This document shows positions 27,375 through 38,459 of a DNA stretch of 64,000 bases, piece by piece (position 1 is the stretch's first letter; each line of letters starts with the position of its first letter). The notes under the pieces were generated by a model, which made no database searches, was not told the DNA's origin, and saw only the letters and a program-made list of their open reading frames with translations. Source of the stretch: an uncultured Gammaproteobacteria bacterium (GTDB lineage Bacteria > Pseudomonadota > Gammaproteobacteria > UBA9214); NCBI GenBank assembly GCA_963748215.1, contig CAVVHS010000009.1, positions 64,001 to 128,000 of the forward strand, read 5' to 3'. A program made the translations under genes and the position numbers.

Positions 27375-28742
27375 ATGTTAACAGCTGCGGGAATCGGTTC
27401 AGGCCTGGATGTCGACTCCATCGTCAGCCAGCTGATGGCGCTCGAGAGGCGGCCGCTGGTTTCCCTGCAAGAAAAGAAAACCGATATCGATGCGCGCATC
27501 AGTGCCTACGGCAACCTGAAGAGCGCACTTTCCACATTCCAGACTACCATGAAAGATCTCAGCACGCCGTCCGCGCTGAAGGTGTTCACGGCGACCTCCG
27601 GCGACGATGGGGTGTTTACCGCCTCTGCGACCAATACGGCCGCCGCCTCGACCTACCAGGTCGAGGTCGTGCGCATGGCAGAGCGGCACAAATTTGCCTC
27701 TGATGAGATGTCTGACACCGCCACCATTGGTGGCAGGCGAAGCAATGATGCATTGCTTATTCAGGTGGGTACTGATCCGGCAGATACCCTGACCGTGGAT
27801 CTGAGTGCCGCAATGACACTCGGTGGAATCAGGGACGCGATCAATGTCGATCCGGCTAACCCGGGTGTCACTGCAAGTATCATTTTCGGCAACAACGGCA
27901 ACCAGAAGCTGGTGCTGACGGCGGACGACAGCGGTGCGGCAAACGCCCTCACGCTCTCCTATTCGGGCAGGGTGAGGGCAAATGATTTCGGCTTTCAGGA
28001 AATCAACAATATTGGCGGCAATACTGCCTTGCTGGATGCAGAAGTCAGTGTGGACGGCTACGCCGTAACGCGTGGAAACAACAGCATCGACGACATTATC
28101 CAGGGCGTGACCCTGGACCTGCATAATGCGGCGCTCGGCACTGCCTTCACGCTGGACATCGAGCGAGATGTCACCGCGGTGGCCGATTCGGTGCAGGCAT
28201 TCGCCGATGCCTACAATGAAATACTGTCCACGATCCAGACCCTGCGCGACGGCGAGCTTGCCACGGACAGTGCGCTGTTCTCGGTCGAACGCGGTTTGCG
28301 TGGCGTGATGAATGCACCGGCCTCGGGTCTGCCGAGCGGCCTGAGCTACCTGGGTGAGATCGGTTTGACCTTTTCCCGGGAAGGCTTGCTCACGGTGGAT
28401 GCGGCCGACGTTGAAAGCGCGCTGACCAACGATTTCAATGCGGTGTCCGAGTTGTTTTCGACAGCCGGCCAGGGTTTCGCCAGCCGGCTGGATACACTGG
28501 TCGATGGCTGGCTTGACATCGATGGCCTGATCAAGGGACGTACCGACGGGCTTGACAGCAGCAAGCGTCTGCTGGATACGCGCGAGGCATCGCTCGAATA
28601 TCGCATGACCCAGATCGAGGCGGGACTTTATGCACAGTTCGCGCAGCTGGATACACTGCTGGGGAGTTTGCAGGTAACCAGTGATTACCTGTCCCAGCAA
28701 TTGCAGATGCTACCGAACTTTAATAATTCCGGTAGCCGTTAA
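27375..28742 (+). CDS. fliD: Flagellar filament cap
   Basis: GIGSGLDVDSIVSQLMALER...ISAYG; N.IDDIIQGVTLDL; LYAQFAQLD. Confidence 0.95.
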   Translation: MLTAAGIGSGLDVDSIVSQLMALERRPLVSLQEKKTDIDARISAYGNLKSALSTFQTTMKDLSTPSALKVFTATSGDDGVFTASATNTAAASTYQVEVVRMAERHKFASDEMSDTATIGGRRSNDALLIQVGTDPADTLTVDLSAAMTLGGIRDAINVDPANPGVTASIIFGNNGNQKLVLTADDSGAANALTLSYSGRVRANDFGFQEINNIGGNTALLDAEVSVDGYAVTRGNNSIDDIIQGVTLDLHNAALGTAFTLDIERDVTAVADSVQAFADAYNEILSTIQTLRDGELATDSALFSVERGLRGVMNAPASGLPSGLSYLGEIGLTFSREGLLTVDAADVESALTNDFNAVSELFSTAGQGFASRLDTLVDGWLDIDGLIKGRTDGLDSSKRLLDTREASLEYRMTQIEAGLYAQFAQLDTLLGSLQVTSDYLSQQLQMLPNFNNSGSR

Positions 28743-28764
28743 CCGGGCGCGTGGCGACAGAATC

Positions 28765-28780
28765 TGGCATTGAAAATGCA
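28765..28780 (+). promoter_or_regulatory. Putative sigma54 promoter upstream of fliS
   Basis: TGGCATTGAAAATGCA (GG-N10-GC). Confidence 0.5.
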
Positions 28781-28873
28781 TATTGCTCCGGTGACCGGTA
28801 CGACCCGGGGTAAGCGGCAAGAATGTACTCTCAGGCAACGAAACTAATCGACAATTCAAGGGAACGAGTCACT

Positions 28874-29308
28874 ATGAAGAATCCGGCAGAGCAGGGCGGT
28901 GTTGGCCAGTATGCGGCGGTTGGTACCCAGACCGGCGTTACCGAGGCGTCGCCACATCGACTGATCCAGATGCTGCTCGACGGAGCGCTGGACAAGATTG
29001 CCAAGGCCAAGGGTGCCATGCGGCGCAAGCAGATTGAAGAAAAGGGCAGCAATATCACCAGTGCCGGTTCCATTGTGCTCGGCCTGCGCAGCAGCCTCGA
29101 TATGGATGCCGGCGGGGAACTGGCGGCCAGTCTGGACAACCTGTATGACTATATGTTCCGCCGCCTGATGGACGCACACGTCAATAACGAAGAGGCGGCG
29201 CTGGACGAGGTTGCTAGCCTGTTGCGAGAAATCAAGCAGGGCTGGGATGCCATTCCCCAGGAAACCATCGGTGGCGGGGAAATGGTCAAATCGATGGTGG
29301 GGACCTGA
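28874..29308 (+). CDS. fliS: Flagellin export chaperone
   Basis: ASPHRLIQMLLDGAL...GGELAASLDNLYDYM...IKQGWDAI. Confidence 0.95.
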   Translation: MKNPAEQGGVGQYAAVGTQTGVTEASPHRLIQMLLDGALDKIAKAKGAMRRKQIEEKGSNITSAGSIVLGLRSSLDMDAGGELAASLDNLYDYMFRRLMDAHVNNEEAALDEVASLLREIKQGWDAIPQETIGGGEMVKSMVGT

Positions 29309-29322
29309 GCGGGCTGGCGGTC

Positions 29323-29640
29323 ATGAATGCCACCGTGCGGCAACAGCTTGCCGGGTTGCTCGAACTCGCGGAATGCATGCAGGCCCGGGCCGCGGCCAGT
29401 GACTGGGATGAGGTTGCGCGACTCCGGGATCGATTCCAGCAGTGTGTCGAGGCATTGTTTGCGGGACAGGTCAGCCATGAGGAGGCGCTGGCCTTGAGTG
29501 ATGTCGTCGGGCGTGTCAGTGCAATCAACAATGACATCATCTCACTGTGCCGGGACGCGCGCGACGCACAGGGCCGCGATCTGGAAAACCTCAAGCAGGG
29601 CCGCCGCGCAATCAGCAGTTATTCTTCCAACACCGGTTAA
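29323..29640 (+). CDS. fliT: Flagellar chaperone FliT-like
   Basis: Helical 105 aa after fliS; DWDEV...RAISSY. Confidence 0.7.
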   Translation: MNATVRQQLAGLLELAECMQARAAASDWDEVARLRDRFQQCVEALFAGQVSHEEALALSDVVGRVSAINNDIISLCRDARDAQGRDLENLKQGRRAISSYSSNTG

Positions 29641-29655
29641 GACAACACCGGCCGT

Positions 29656-30135
29656 TCAGCGTAGCGGTTCCGGACCGGTTTCGCGGGACCAGACCAGCCA
29701 GCCGATATTCTTGAACTTCGCGATCGACAGCGCGCCGCGTTTCGCGCGGTTGCTGTTTTCAGACCCGGCGATGGCATCGCCGAGTTCCTCGCGCGAGGCC
29801 TCGTAGATCTCGCTTGCCTCGTAGTCTTCGTCCAGGATGACCAGCAACAAGGTGTCCCATTCGCCCTGGGCGTTGATCTGTCCAAGCCGTGCACCGCTCT
29901 TGCTGTCCTGTGACATGACGCGCGACTTGATCTGGACCCGCTGTCCCTCGCGGTTGCCGGTGCCGATGGCGTCGACCCCGGCGGTACCCGGTTCGCAGAG
30001 CGTCAGGCCGAGCAGGCGTGCGGCGTCATGGCGGGCGATCTCGCCGGATACCGGGAGCGCCTGGCCGGTGGAGCGCCGGTATTCGGCCGCGAGGCGACGC
30101 GTTTCGCTGATCAATTTGTCAATTGAATAGACCAA
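29656..30135 (-). CDS. Hypothetical protein with PD-(D/E)xK-like motif
   Basis: SGEIA...GVDAIG...RVQIKSR. Confidence 0.6.
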   Translation of the reverse strand: MVYSIDKLISETRRLAAEYRRSTGQALPVSGEIARHDAARLLGLTLCEPGTAGVDAIGTGNREGQRVQIKSRVMSQDSKSGARLGQINAQGEWDTLLLVILDEDYEASEIYEASREELGDAIAGSENSNRAKRGALSIAKFKNIGWLVWSRETGPEPLR

Positions 30136-30431
30136 GGAATACCCGCTGACTTAGTGCATTGATGTTGCACGCTTTATTCTACAGTCCGGTGGCAGACCCC
30201 GATCGCCGTGCCGCCTGTATGGCGATGCATCTTACCCTGAAATCCATCGGCTCGTGCCATGCGGGGTGGAATTTTACCGGCTGGCGTCGCCGGCGCGATG
30301 GCCCCGTTCAACCGTGTAGTGTCAGTAAAATGGCTAACAGCCCATCCAAGCCCTTGTTTCGCGAGAGAATAAAATGACGCTCCGGTGGGTTGGCTTTCAT
30401 AACTAATTGTAAAATAACAACTACAAGTTTA

Positions 30432-30447
30432 TGGCACGCAATCTGCA
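30432..30447 (+). promoter_or_regulatory. sigma54 promoter of regulator-fliE operon
   Basis: TGGCACGCAATCTGCA (GG-N10-GC) after AT-rich tract. Confidence 0.7.
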
Positions 30448-30606
30448 TATTTCCTGATCGAAGTTCCGGTGGCCGTTACTGGCCACACGCTGAAAGGATT
30501 TGGCGGCCCGTTCTACCGTAGTGAAAGGCGGTAACAGCGGGTTAGGAAATGATGACGCGACGGGTGCTGTCATGCCGTTGCGGATTCACCAGGACATGGA
30601 GGTCGA

Positions 30607-31626
30607 ATGATGGATGAGCCTGTGCAACAGGTCGCTGAAAATGAACTGATCGCCGAGGACCGGCGCTCGGTCGAGCTGGTGGCGCTGGCACGCCGTGTCG
30701 CCGGTTCTGAAGTGACCGTGATGATCACGGGCGAATCCGGCACGGGCAAGGAAGTGCTTGCCCGTTTCATTCACCGGAACTCCTCCCGCAAGGATGCTCC
30801 CTTTCTCGCCATCAACTGCGCGGCCATTCCCGAGAATATGCTCGAGGCCGTACTGTTCGGTTACGAAAAGGGGGCCTTCACCGGCGCCTACCACGCCCAT
30901 CCCGGCAAGTTCGAACAGGCCCAGGGTGGCACGCTGCTCCTCGATGAAATCTCCGAGATGGATCTCGGCCTGCAGGCAAAACTGCTGCGGGTGTTACAGG
31001 AAAAAGAGGTGGAGCGTCTGGGCGGGCGGGAAACCATCCCGCTCGATGTGCGTGTGCTGGCCGCTACCAACCGGAAACTGCGTGATGCTGTAACACAAGG
31101 CAGTTTCCGGCAGGACCTGTATTACCGTCTCAATGTATTCCCGCTCAACCTGCCGGCACTGCGTGACCGTCCGGGCGACATCCTGCCGCTCGCGCGCAAG
31201 CTGGTACAGCGCTATCAGACCGGGGCAACCGCCCCGGCGTTTGCGCCGGCGGCGGAACGCAAACTGCAGGCCTGGCACTGGCCCGGCAATGTGCGCGAAT
31301 TGGAAAACGTTGTACAGCGTGCATTGATCCTGCGTAGCGGTGATTGCATCGAGGTGGTGGATGTCAGCCTTGACGAGGTCGGACCGGAAATGATTTCCAC
31401 GGGGGCACAGGGATGTGTCGCGGCAACGTCGGAGAAAGTGCTGGAGCAGGACCTGAAGGTGAAGGAGCGGGAGTTGATAATCCGGGCACTGGAAGCCGGC
31501 AACGGCAGCCGCAAGGATGCGGCTGCTCGCCTGGGTATCAGTCCGCGTACGCTCAGGTACAAGATCGCGCGCCTGCGCGATGCCGGGCTGGACGTGGCGT
31601 CGCGGACGGGCATGAGAACAGCCTGA
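30607..31626 (+). CDS. sigma54-dependent activator, FleR/FlrC-like, lacking receiver domain
   Basis: [33 protein letters not shown], Fis-type [14 protein letters not shown]; immediately before fliE. Confidence 0.88.
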   Translation: MMDEPVQQVAENELIAEDRRSVELVALARRVAGSEVTVMITGESGTGKEVLARFIHRNSSRKDAPFLAINCAAIPENMLEAVLFGYEKGAFTGAYHAHPGKFEQAQGGTLLLDEISEMDLGLQAKLLRVLQEKEVERLGGRETIPLDVRVLAATNRKLRDAVTQGSFRQDLYYRLNVFPLNLPALRDRPGDILPLARKLVQRYQTGATAPAFAPAAERKLQAWHWPGNVRELENVVQRALILRSGDCIEVVDVSLDEVGPEMISTGAQGCVAATSEKVLEQDLKVKERELIIRALEAGNGSRKDAAARLGISPRTLRYKIARLRDAGLDVASRTGMRTA

Positions 31627-31669
31627 TGTGACGGTAATTGATTTAAATGTGCAAATACGGAGGTGAAGC

Positions 31670-31999
31670 ATGAGCGATATGGGTATCAGCCAGGTGCTGG
31701 ACCAGATGCGCGCCATGTCGGCGCTGGCCCAGCGCGACCCGGTTGCGGAAAGCGGCAATGCAGCGGCAACCGGGCGGCCGGATTTTGCCGGTCTGCTGAA
31801 GGAATCCGTGAACAGTGTCAACGAGACACAGCAGGCTGCAGGCAAACTGCAAGCTGCCTTCGAGGCCGAGGATCCAAACGTCGACGTGGCCCAGGTCATG
31901 GTCGCGATGCAGAAATCGAGCCTGTCGTTCCAGGCGATGGCGACGGTGCGCAACAAGCTGGTCGCGGCATATCAGGAAATCATGAGTATGCCGGTCTAG
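31670..31999 (+). CDS. fliE: Flagellar hook-basal body protein
   Basis: VMVAMQKSSLSFQAM..VRNKLVAAYQEIMSMPV. Confidence 0.95.
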   Translation: MSDMGISQVLDQMRAMSALAQRDPVAESGNAAATGRPDFAGLLKESVNSVNETQQAAGKLQAAFEAEDPNVDVAQVMVAMQKSSLSFQAMATVRNKLVAAYQEIMSMPV

Positions 32000-32033
32000 A
32001 AACAATGCGTCATGAACAGGGAAGGTAGTAACG

Positions 32034-33662
32034 ATGGCACTGGTTAATCCTGAAAATATCGCGGCCCAGGCGAAGGGCTTCAATGCATTGCCCGTGCTGC
32101 GGCAGATTGGCCTGATGATCGGACTGGCGGGGAGTGTGGCGCTGGGTGTCGCGGTGGTGCTCTGGTCGCGTACGCCGGACTACAGCATGCTGTACGGGCG
32201 CCTGTCGGACGTCGAGGCGGCGCAGGTGGCGGCCTCGCTGGACAGCGCTGCCATCCCCTACCGGATAGAACACGGTTCCGGCGCCATCACCGTGCCGGCC
32301 GACAAGGTCCATGAGGCGCGGCTGAAGCTTGCCACGCGCGGACTGCCGCGCGGCGATGGCACCGGATTCGAATTGCTGGACGAAAAGCAGGGCTTCGGCA
32401 CCAGCCAGTTCATGGAGCAGGCACGCTACAATCGCGCCATGGAGGGTGAGCTGGCGCGTTCCATCTCCACCCTGCAGAGTGTGGAGAGCGCACGCGTGCA
32501 CCTTGCGATCCCCAAGCGATCGGTATTCGTGCGCGATCGCAACAAGCCACAGGCGTCGGTGGTACTGAAACTGTTTGCCGGTGCGCGTCTCGATGACGAA
32601 CGCCTGGCCGGCATCGTGCACCTGGTGGCAGCCAGCGTGGAAGGCCTGGCGGCGGAGGATGTCACCGTGGTCGACCAGAACGGCCGCCTGCTGACCGCCA
32701 ATAACAGCGCGCACGGTATGGCCGCCAGCGCAGGCCAGCTGGCCTATTCTCGCAAGCTGGAGCAGGAATATATCAAGCGCATCGAGGACATCCTGATCCC
32801 GATCGTCGGCGCGGACGGCGTACGTGCGCAGGTCGTGGCGGATATCGATTTCACCAGTGTGGAAAGCACGACGGAAAGTTACCAGCCGGACGACCGGGCA
32901 GTGCGCAGCGAGGAGACCTTAGAGGAGAGCAGCACAACCGGTATGGCGAGCGGTGTGCCCGGCGCGCTGACCAACCAGCCGCCACCGGCAGGGACGCTCG
33001 ACGGTGATGCCGTCGAAGGTGATCGGCCAGGTCCGGTGAACAGCACGCGCCGGGCCACGCGCAACTACGAACTGGACCGCAGTATCAGTCACACCCGTAA
33101 CCAGCCGGGCGCGGTCAAGCAACTGTCCGTCGCCGTACTGGTCGACTATCGCACGCAAGCCGACGACAAGGGCAAGACCGTGCGCGTGCCGATGGATGAA
33201 GAAGAAATTGCCCGCATTACCGGTCTGGTCAAGGAGGCGGTCGGCTTCAGCGAAGAGCGCAACGACAGCATCAATGTCAGCAACATCCCGTTCCGTACAG
33301 TCGATGAGGTCAGCGAGGCATTTCCGGTAACGCCGGTCTGGCAGCAGCCGTGGGTCGGTGGCGTTGTCAAGCAGGTGATCGGCGCCGTGTTCGTGCTGTT
33401 CCTGCTGTTCGGCGTGTTGCGCCCGGTACTGCGCAGCCTGGCGCTGCGACCGCAGCCTGCGGCTGCCGGGGGTGCGCAGGGCACATTGCCGCCGGGCTCG
33501 GCCGGCACTGCGCAGGCGCTGGGCGAGGACCGCCTGAGCCTGTCCGGGCAGGAGGCGCCGGTATCGCCGGAGCAGCAGTTCGGCATGGCGCGCTCCATGA
33601 TTGATAACGATCCGCGCCGGGTTGCCGGTGTCGTCAAGGACTGGGTGGCCACGGATGGCTGA
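32034..33662 (+). CDS. fliF: Flagellar MS-ring
   Basis: GFELLD...FGTSQF...EGELARSI...ARVHLAIPK; NYELDR. Confidence 0.97.
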   Translation: MALVNPENIAAQAKGFNALPVLRQIGLMIGLAGSVALGVAVVLWSRTPDYSMLYGRLSDVEAAQVAASLDSAAIPYRIEHGSGAITVPADKVHEARLKLATRGLPRGDGTGFELLDEKQGFGTSQFMEQARYNRAMEGELARSISTLQSVESARVHLAIPKRSVFVRDRNKPQASVVLKLFAGARLDDERLAGIVHLVAASVEGLAAEDVTVVDQNGRLLTANNSAHGMAASAGQLAYSRKLEQEYIKRIEDILIPIVGADGVRAQVVADIDFTSVESTTESYQPDDRAVRSEETLEESSTTGMASGVPGALTNQPPPAGTLDGDAVEGDRPGPVNSTRRATRNYELDRSISHTRNQPGAVKQLSVAVLVDYRTQADDKGKTVRVPMDEEEIARITGLVKEAVGFSEERNDSINVSNIPFRTVDEVSEAFPVTPVWQQPWVGGVVKQVIGAVFVLFLLFGVLRPVLRSLALRPQPAAAGGAQGTLPPGSAGTAQALGEDRLSLSGQEAPVSPEQQFGMARSMIDNDPRRVAGVVKDWVATDG

Positions 33663-34665
33663 CAGGGAACAGTCCCTCAGTGGCACCCAGCGTGCCGCGG
33701 TACTGCTCATGAGTCTGGGCGAGAAGCACGCCGCTAGCATCCTCCGGCATATGGACCCGCGTGAGGTGCACAAGGTGGGTACGGCCATGTCCTCGCTGGG
33801 CAATATCAGCAGCGAGCAGATCGAGAAGGTAGTGCAGGAGTTTCTGCAATCGGCCCAGGGCAGGAGTTCAATGAGTGTTGGCACGGACGAATACGTCTCC
33901 AAGGTGCTGCACCAGGCGCTAGGTGCCGAGCGTGCCGAGGGCATGATCAACCGGGTGCTGGAGGGCCGCAATGCCAAGGGCCTGGAGACCCTGAAATGGA
34001 TGGGACCGGAGACTATCGTCGAGGTGGTGCGTGACGAGCATCCGCAGATTATATCCATCGTGTTGTCACAGCTGGACGCCGATCAGGCCGCCAGCGTGCT
34101 GTCCGGGCTCGATGACGATGTACGCACAGACGTGCTGCTGCGCGTGGCGCGCATGGAGGAAATTCATCCGGCGGCACTGGAAGAACTCGACCGTGTGCTG
34201 GCCAAGCAGGTCGGCGAGCGCAGCGTCGTCAAGTCGCCGCGCATTGGCGGTTCAAAAAAGGTCGCGGACATACTGAACTGTCTCGATACCAGCGAGGAGA
34301 GTGCGCTGACCAAGCGCCTCGTCGAGCTGGATGAATTGCTGGGACAGGAAATCCAGGAACTGATGTTCGTCTTCGACAACCTGAAGGATATCGACGGACG
34401 CGGTATCCAGGCGCTGCTGCGTGAAGTTTCCGGCGACACGCTGGTGACCGCGCTCAAGGGCGCGGACGATATTCTCAAGGAAAAGATTTTCTCGAACATG
34501 TCCAAGCGTGCCGCGGAGATGATGCGCGACGACATGGAGACCAAGGGTCCGGTGAAGCTGAGCGATGTCAAGGCGGCGCAGAAGGAAATCCTGCAGGTCG
34601 CGCAGCGCATGATCGAGGCGGGCGAGATCATGATCGGCGGCAAGGGTGGAGAGGAATATGTCTGA
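33655..34665 (+). CDS. fliG: Flagellar motor switch
   Basis: RAAVLLMSLG; EHPQ; MFVFDNL; NMSKRAA. Confidence 0.97.
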   Translation: MADREQSLSGTQRAAVLLMSLGEKHAASILRHMDPREVHKVGTAMSSLGNISSEQIEKVVQEFLQSAQGRSSMSVGTDEYVSKVLHQALGAERAEGMINRVLEGRNAKGLETLKWMGPETIVEVVRDEHPQIISIVLSQLDADQAASVLSGLDDDVRTDVLLRVARMEEIHPAALEELDRVLAKQVGERSVVKSPRIGGSKKVADILNCLDTSEESALTKRLVELDELLGQEIQELMFVFDNLKDIDGRGIQALLREVSGDTLVTALKGADDILKEKIFSNMSKRAAEMMRDDMETKGPVKLSDVKAAQKEILQVAQRMIEAGEIMIGGKGGEEYV

Positions 34666-35251
34666 CGCACCGGGTGCAGCGGACCGCAATGCCTGCCGGC
34701 GCTGGGATGTGCCGCAGCTCGACGACGGCGGCCCGTACGGGGCTGGCATGGATGCCGGCCAGCAGGCCCGGGAAAAAGGTTTCGAGCAGGGTCGCCAGGA
34801 AGGTCTGGACGCTGGTCGCGAGCAGGTGCTTGCACAGCTCGCCCTCCTGCAGCGGCTCATGCAGACGCTGGCAACACCACTGGCGGAGCTCGACGAGCAG
34901 GTCGAGAAGGAACTCGTGGCACTGGCCATGACCGTCGCCAGGCAGGTGGTCTACCGCGAGCTGCTGACGGATCCTGAACTGGTGCTCGGCGCGGTCAGGA
35001 AGGCGCTGGGCGTTCTGCCGGCAGGATTGCACGATGTCCGCGTGCACCTGCACCCGGAGGATGCACGGCTGGTCCGCGACCTGCTGCCAGCGGGCGAGGC
35101 GGAAGCCGGCTGGCAGATTGTCGAGGACAGCGTGCATGAGCGCGGTGATTGTCGCGTTTCGACACAGAACTCGCAGGTCGATGCCACGACGGAGGCACGC
35201 CTGGTGCGTGCGGTCGCCGCGGTGCTGGGCGAATCCGGAGAGAATGTATGA
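34658..35251 (+). CDS. fliH: Flagellar export regulator
   Basis: GxxxG repeats, VHLHPED, RGDCRV. Confidence 0.9.
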   Translation: MSDAPGAADRNACRRWDVPQLDDGGPYGAGMDAGQQAREKGFEQGRQEGLDAGREQVLAQLALLQRLMQTLATPLAELDEQVEKELVALAMTVARQVVYRELLTDPELVLGAVRKALGVLPAGLHDVRVHLHPEDARLVRDLLPAGEAEAGWQIVEDSVHERGDCRVSTQNSQVDATTEARLVRAVAAVLGESGENV

Positions 35252-36651
35252 ACGGGGGAGAGCAATTGCCGCAGGCGCAGCGCAGCGCCATCTGGCTGCA
35301 GCGGCTGCAACCTTACCGCGCACGGGCGGCCAGGCCGGTAGTGTTGCCGGTCGAGGGCCGCCTGACGCGCATGGTGGGCCTGACCCTGGAGGCGGTGGGT
35401 TGCCAGGTGCCGGTTGGCGCGCGTTGTGATGTGCTGGCGGCAAGCGGCGAGAGCATCGAAGCCGAAGTGGTGGGTTTCTCGGGCGAGAATACCTACCTCA
35501 TGCCGACCGGTGATGTCCACGGCCTGACACCGGGTGCACGCGTGGTACCAGCCGCACAGGGTTCCGGTGCACTGGTTGGCGACGGTCTGCTGGGCCGGGT
35601 GATCGATGCCTCCGGCCGTCCGCTGGACGGCAAGGGGCCGATCGTCGCGGATGACCGCGTGCCGTTGACCGGCCGTGCCATCAATCCGCTGGCACGGCAA
35701 CCGATCACCCAGCCACTCGATGTCGGTGTCCGCTCGATCAATGCCCTGCTCAGTGTCGGCCGCGGTCAGCGTATGGGCCTGTTTGCCGGCAGCGGTGTCG
35801 GCAAGAGCGTATTGCTGGGCATGATGACGCGCTTTACCGAAGCGGACGTGGTTGTGGTCGGGCTTATCGGTGAGCGTGGCCGCGAGGTCAAGGAATTCGT
35901 GCAGAATATTCTCGGCAGCGACGGCATGTCCCGCGCCGTGGTGGTGGCGGCGCCTGCCGACCAGCCGCCACTGATGCGCATGCACGGTGCCTGGCTGACC
36001 ACCGCGATTGCCGAATATTTCCGTGACCGCGGCCAGAATGTACTGCTGCTGATGGATTCGCTGAGCCGTTTCTCGCAGGCGCAGCGCGAGATCGGTCTGG
36101 CCATCGGGGAGCCGCCGGCCACCAAGGGCTATCCACCATCGGTGTTCGCCAAGCTTGCGCAGCTGGTGGAGCGGGCCGGCAATGGCGACACGGGCGGCGG
36201 TTCGATCACAGCCTTTTACACCGTGCTGGCCGAAGGTGACGATCACAACGATCCGGTTGCCGATGCCGCGCGCGCCACGCTGGACGGACACCTGGTGCTG
36301 TCACGCGAGATCGCGGAGTCCGGGCTTTATCCGGCCATTGATATCGAGGCATCCATCAGCCGCATCATGCACGACATCGCTGCGCCCGGTCACCTGCAGG
36401 CCGCGCAGCGCTTCCGGCAGCTGTTTTCAGCCTATCGGCAGAATCGCGATCTCATCGCCGTGGGCGCCTACCAGAGCGGAAGCGATCCGCGCATCGATGA
36501 GGCAATTGCCTGCTATCCACGGCTGCGCGAGTTCCTGCAGCAGCATAACCGGCAGGCCGTGACGCTGGGCGAGAGCCTGCGGCAACTCGAGACATTGCTG
36601 ACGCCCGCGCCGGGCGCATTCAAGCCTGCGGGCAGGGAGAAGACCAAATGA
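35248..36651 (+). CDS. fliI: Flagellar export ATPase
   Basis: [36 protein letters not shown]. Confidence 0.97.
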   Translation: MNGGEQLPQAQRSAIWLQRLQPYRARAARPVVLPVEGRLTRMVGLTLEAVGCQVPVGARCDVLAASGESIEAEVVGFSGENTYLMPTGDVHGLTPGARVVPAAQGSGALVGDGLLGRVIDASGRPLDGKGPIVADDRVPLTGRAINPLARQPITQPLDVGVRSINALLSVGRGQRMGLFAGSGVGKSVLLGMMTRFTEADVVVVGLIGERGREVKEFVQNILGSDGMSRAVVVAAPADQPPLMRMHGAWLTTAIAEYFRDRGQNVLLLMDSLSRFSQAQREIGLAIGEPPATKGYPPSVFAKLAQLVERAGNGDTGGGSITAFYTVLAEGDDHNDPVADAARATLDGHLVLSREIAESGLYPAIDIEASISRIMHDIAAPGHLQAAQRFRQLFSAYRQNRDLIAVGAYQSGSDPRIDEAIACYPRLREFLQQHNRQAVTLGESLRQLETLLTPAPGAFKPAGREKTK

Positions 36652-37091
36652 AACCGTCACAGCGCATGCAACCGGCACTGGAGCTGGCGCGGGAGCGCCT
36701 GCGCACGGCCGCGTTGCAACTGGCCGATGTGCAGTTCCGCTACGAACAGAAACAGCAAAAGCTCAGGGAGCTGGAAAGCTACCGTGACGAGTACATGCAC
36801 GGCCTGCTGCGCAAGAGCCGCGATGGTCTGCAGATGGTGCAGATGAAAGACTACAACCTGTTTCTGGACCGTCTCAACCAGGCAATCCGGCAGCAGCATC
36901 AGATGCTCGAGGGTATGCGGGTGGAAGTGGAACAATGCGCACAGCAATGGCGTCAGGAGCAGGTACGGGTCGATGCGCTGGACAAGGTGGTGGAGCGCAA
37001 GGTGCAGTCGGAGCGGCGCGAGGCGGATCGGCTGGAACAGCTGGAATGCAACGAGCATGCACGGCGCGGCTGGCGTCAGGAGTTGACCTGA
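36648..37091 (+). CDS. fliJ: Flagellar export protein
   Basis: Coiled coil, [20 protein letters not shown]; ATGA overlap with fliI. Confidence 0.9.
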   Translation: MKPSQRMQPALELARERLRTAALQLADVQFRYEQKQQKLRELESYRDEYMHGLLRKSRDGLQMVQMKDYNLFLDRLNQAIRQQHQMLEGMRVEVEQCAQQWRQEQVRVDALDKVVERKVQSERREADRLEQLECNEHARRGWRQELT

Positions 37092-37121
37092 GGGCGCATT
37101 GCACTGCGCATCGGGCCGGTT

Positions 37122-37137
37122 TGGCCCGGATGTTGCA
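37122..37137 (+). promoter_or_regulatory. Putative sigma54 promoter of fliK
   Basis: TGGCCCGGATGTTGCA (GG-N10-GC). Confidence 0.6.
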
Positions 37138-37181
37138 TTGCAAAACTGCAGGATACTTTATCTGGAACACGGGATTAGACA

Positions 37182-38459
37182 ATGAGCAAATCCATACAGT
37201 CCATGGAAGCGATAGCCGGCGTGGGGGCGCTGCGCAACAGTGCCGGCAAGCGTGCCGCGCCTGATGAATCAGGCGGATTTCCCCGGTTATTGTCCGCCGG
37301 CCAGGCAGAACACACGGAACACGCGCAGCCGACGGAGGGGCAGACTGTGACGGAGAGCGGCAAGAACCTGCCGGATGAGCAACACCAGGCACCCGCCGGA
37401 GACAGGCCGGACCCGGATATCGAAACAGCATCGGCAGGTGCGCAGGATGCCGCGCCGACGCCGGAGGGACAGCAGCCGGATGCAGCGCTGCAGGTCGAAC
37501 AGCCGCTGGCAGTCGTGTCCGCACAGCCAGTGGAATTGCCCGATGCCGTGACAGCCGGCGCGGCCGTGTCGGCAGACCCGTCTACTGAAATCACGCTGCC
37601 GCCCGGCCAAGTCGCGCATCAGGGCCAGCCAGTGGCAGTTGCGGTCGGCATGCCGGTGGTCGATGCGCTGCCGGTCAGCGCACCGGCCGATGCGCCGCTC
37701 GATGCGGGTACTGCGGATGCCGCGCAGGCCGCTGCCGTAGTGGCGAGCCCGGTCGCGCAGGTCGCGGCCGACCTGCTGCACGCCGGCGGCGAGCCGCCGG
37801 ATACTATACGCAACCGTCCGGGTTTCGATCCGGTCGGTCACGCGGTGCGCGAGGGTGTCATGCAGATGCTGGCCTCCCGGACCGCGCAGGGCGGCGGCGA
37901 TGCGCTGGCCAGTGGCAACAGCGAGCAGCCGGCCACTTACGAACAGACTGCTGCCGCACGCGAAACTGCCACCGGTATCCTGTCATTCGCCGATGCCCTG
38001 CTGGCAACCGGATCGACCACGCCGTCGGCCCGGGTGGCGGTTCCGGTCGGGCAGCCCGGCTGGGGGCGCGCCGTGGGGGAGCAGGTAGTGTGGTTCGTGT
38101 CGCAGAACATCCAGTCAGCCAGCCTGAAGCTCAATCCGCAGCACCTGGGCCCGCTGGAATTGCAGTTGCGCATGGATGGCGACAAGGCGAGCATCGCCTT
38201 TGCCAGCCAGCATGCGGCGGTGCGTGAGGCGCTCGAGTCGTCGTTGCCGCGCCTGCGCGACATGTTGGCCGAACAGGGCCTTAACCTCGTCAACGTCAAT
38301 GTCTCCCAGCATGATGCCGGCAGCCGTCGCGAGCAGGCGTCGGATGGCAATCGCGCGGGCGCGTCCACCCGCACGGCAAGCATGGAAGAACTTCTGCCGG
38401 TAGCGGGTGGCATGCCCGGCGCCATCACCGGGCGCGGACTGGTGGACTACTATGTGTGA
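37182..38459 (+). CDS. fliK: Hook-length control protein
   Basis: Low-complexity N-terminus; LKLNPQHLGPL...VREALESSLPRLRDML; GLVDYYV. Confidence 0.93.
   Translation: MSKSIQSMEAIAGVGALRNSAGKRAAPDESGGFPRLLSAGQAEHTEHAQPTEGQTVTESGKNLPDEQHQAPAGDRPDPDIETASAGAQDAAPTPEGQQPDAALQVEQPLAVVSAQPVELPDAVTAGAAVSADPSTEITLPPGQVAHQGQPVAVAVGMPVVDALPVSAPADAPLDAGTADAAQAAAVVASPVAQVAADLLHAGGEPPDTIRNRPGFDPVGHAVREGVMQMLASRTAQGGGDALASGNSEQPATYEQTAAARETATGILSFADALLATGSTTPSARVAVPVGQPGWGRAVGEQVVWFVSQNIQSASLKLNPQHLGPLELQLRMDGDKASIAFASQHAAVREALESSLPRLRDMLAEQGLNLVNVNVSQHDAGSRREQASDGNRAGASTRTASMEELLPVAGGMPGAITGRGLVDYYV

Noticed and set aside
30470-30550. Possible riboswitch in the leader of the FleR-like gene
   Set aside because: Only a short hairpin is visible; c-di-GMP riboswitch consensus elements not found by eye (an Rfam/Infernal scan would settle it).
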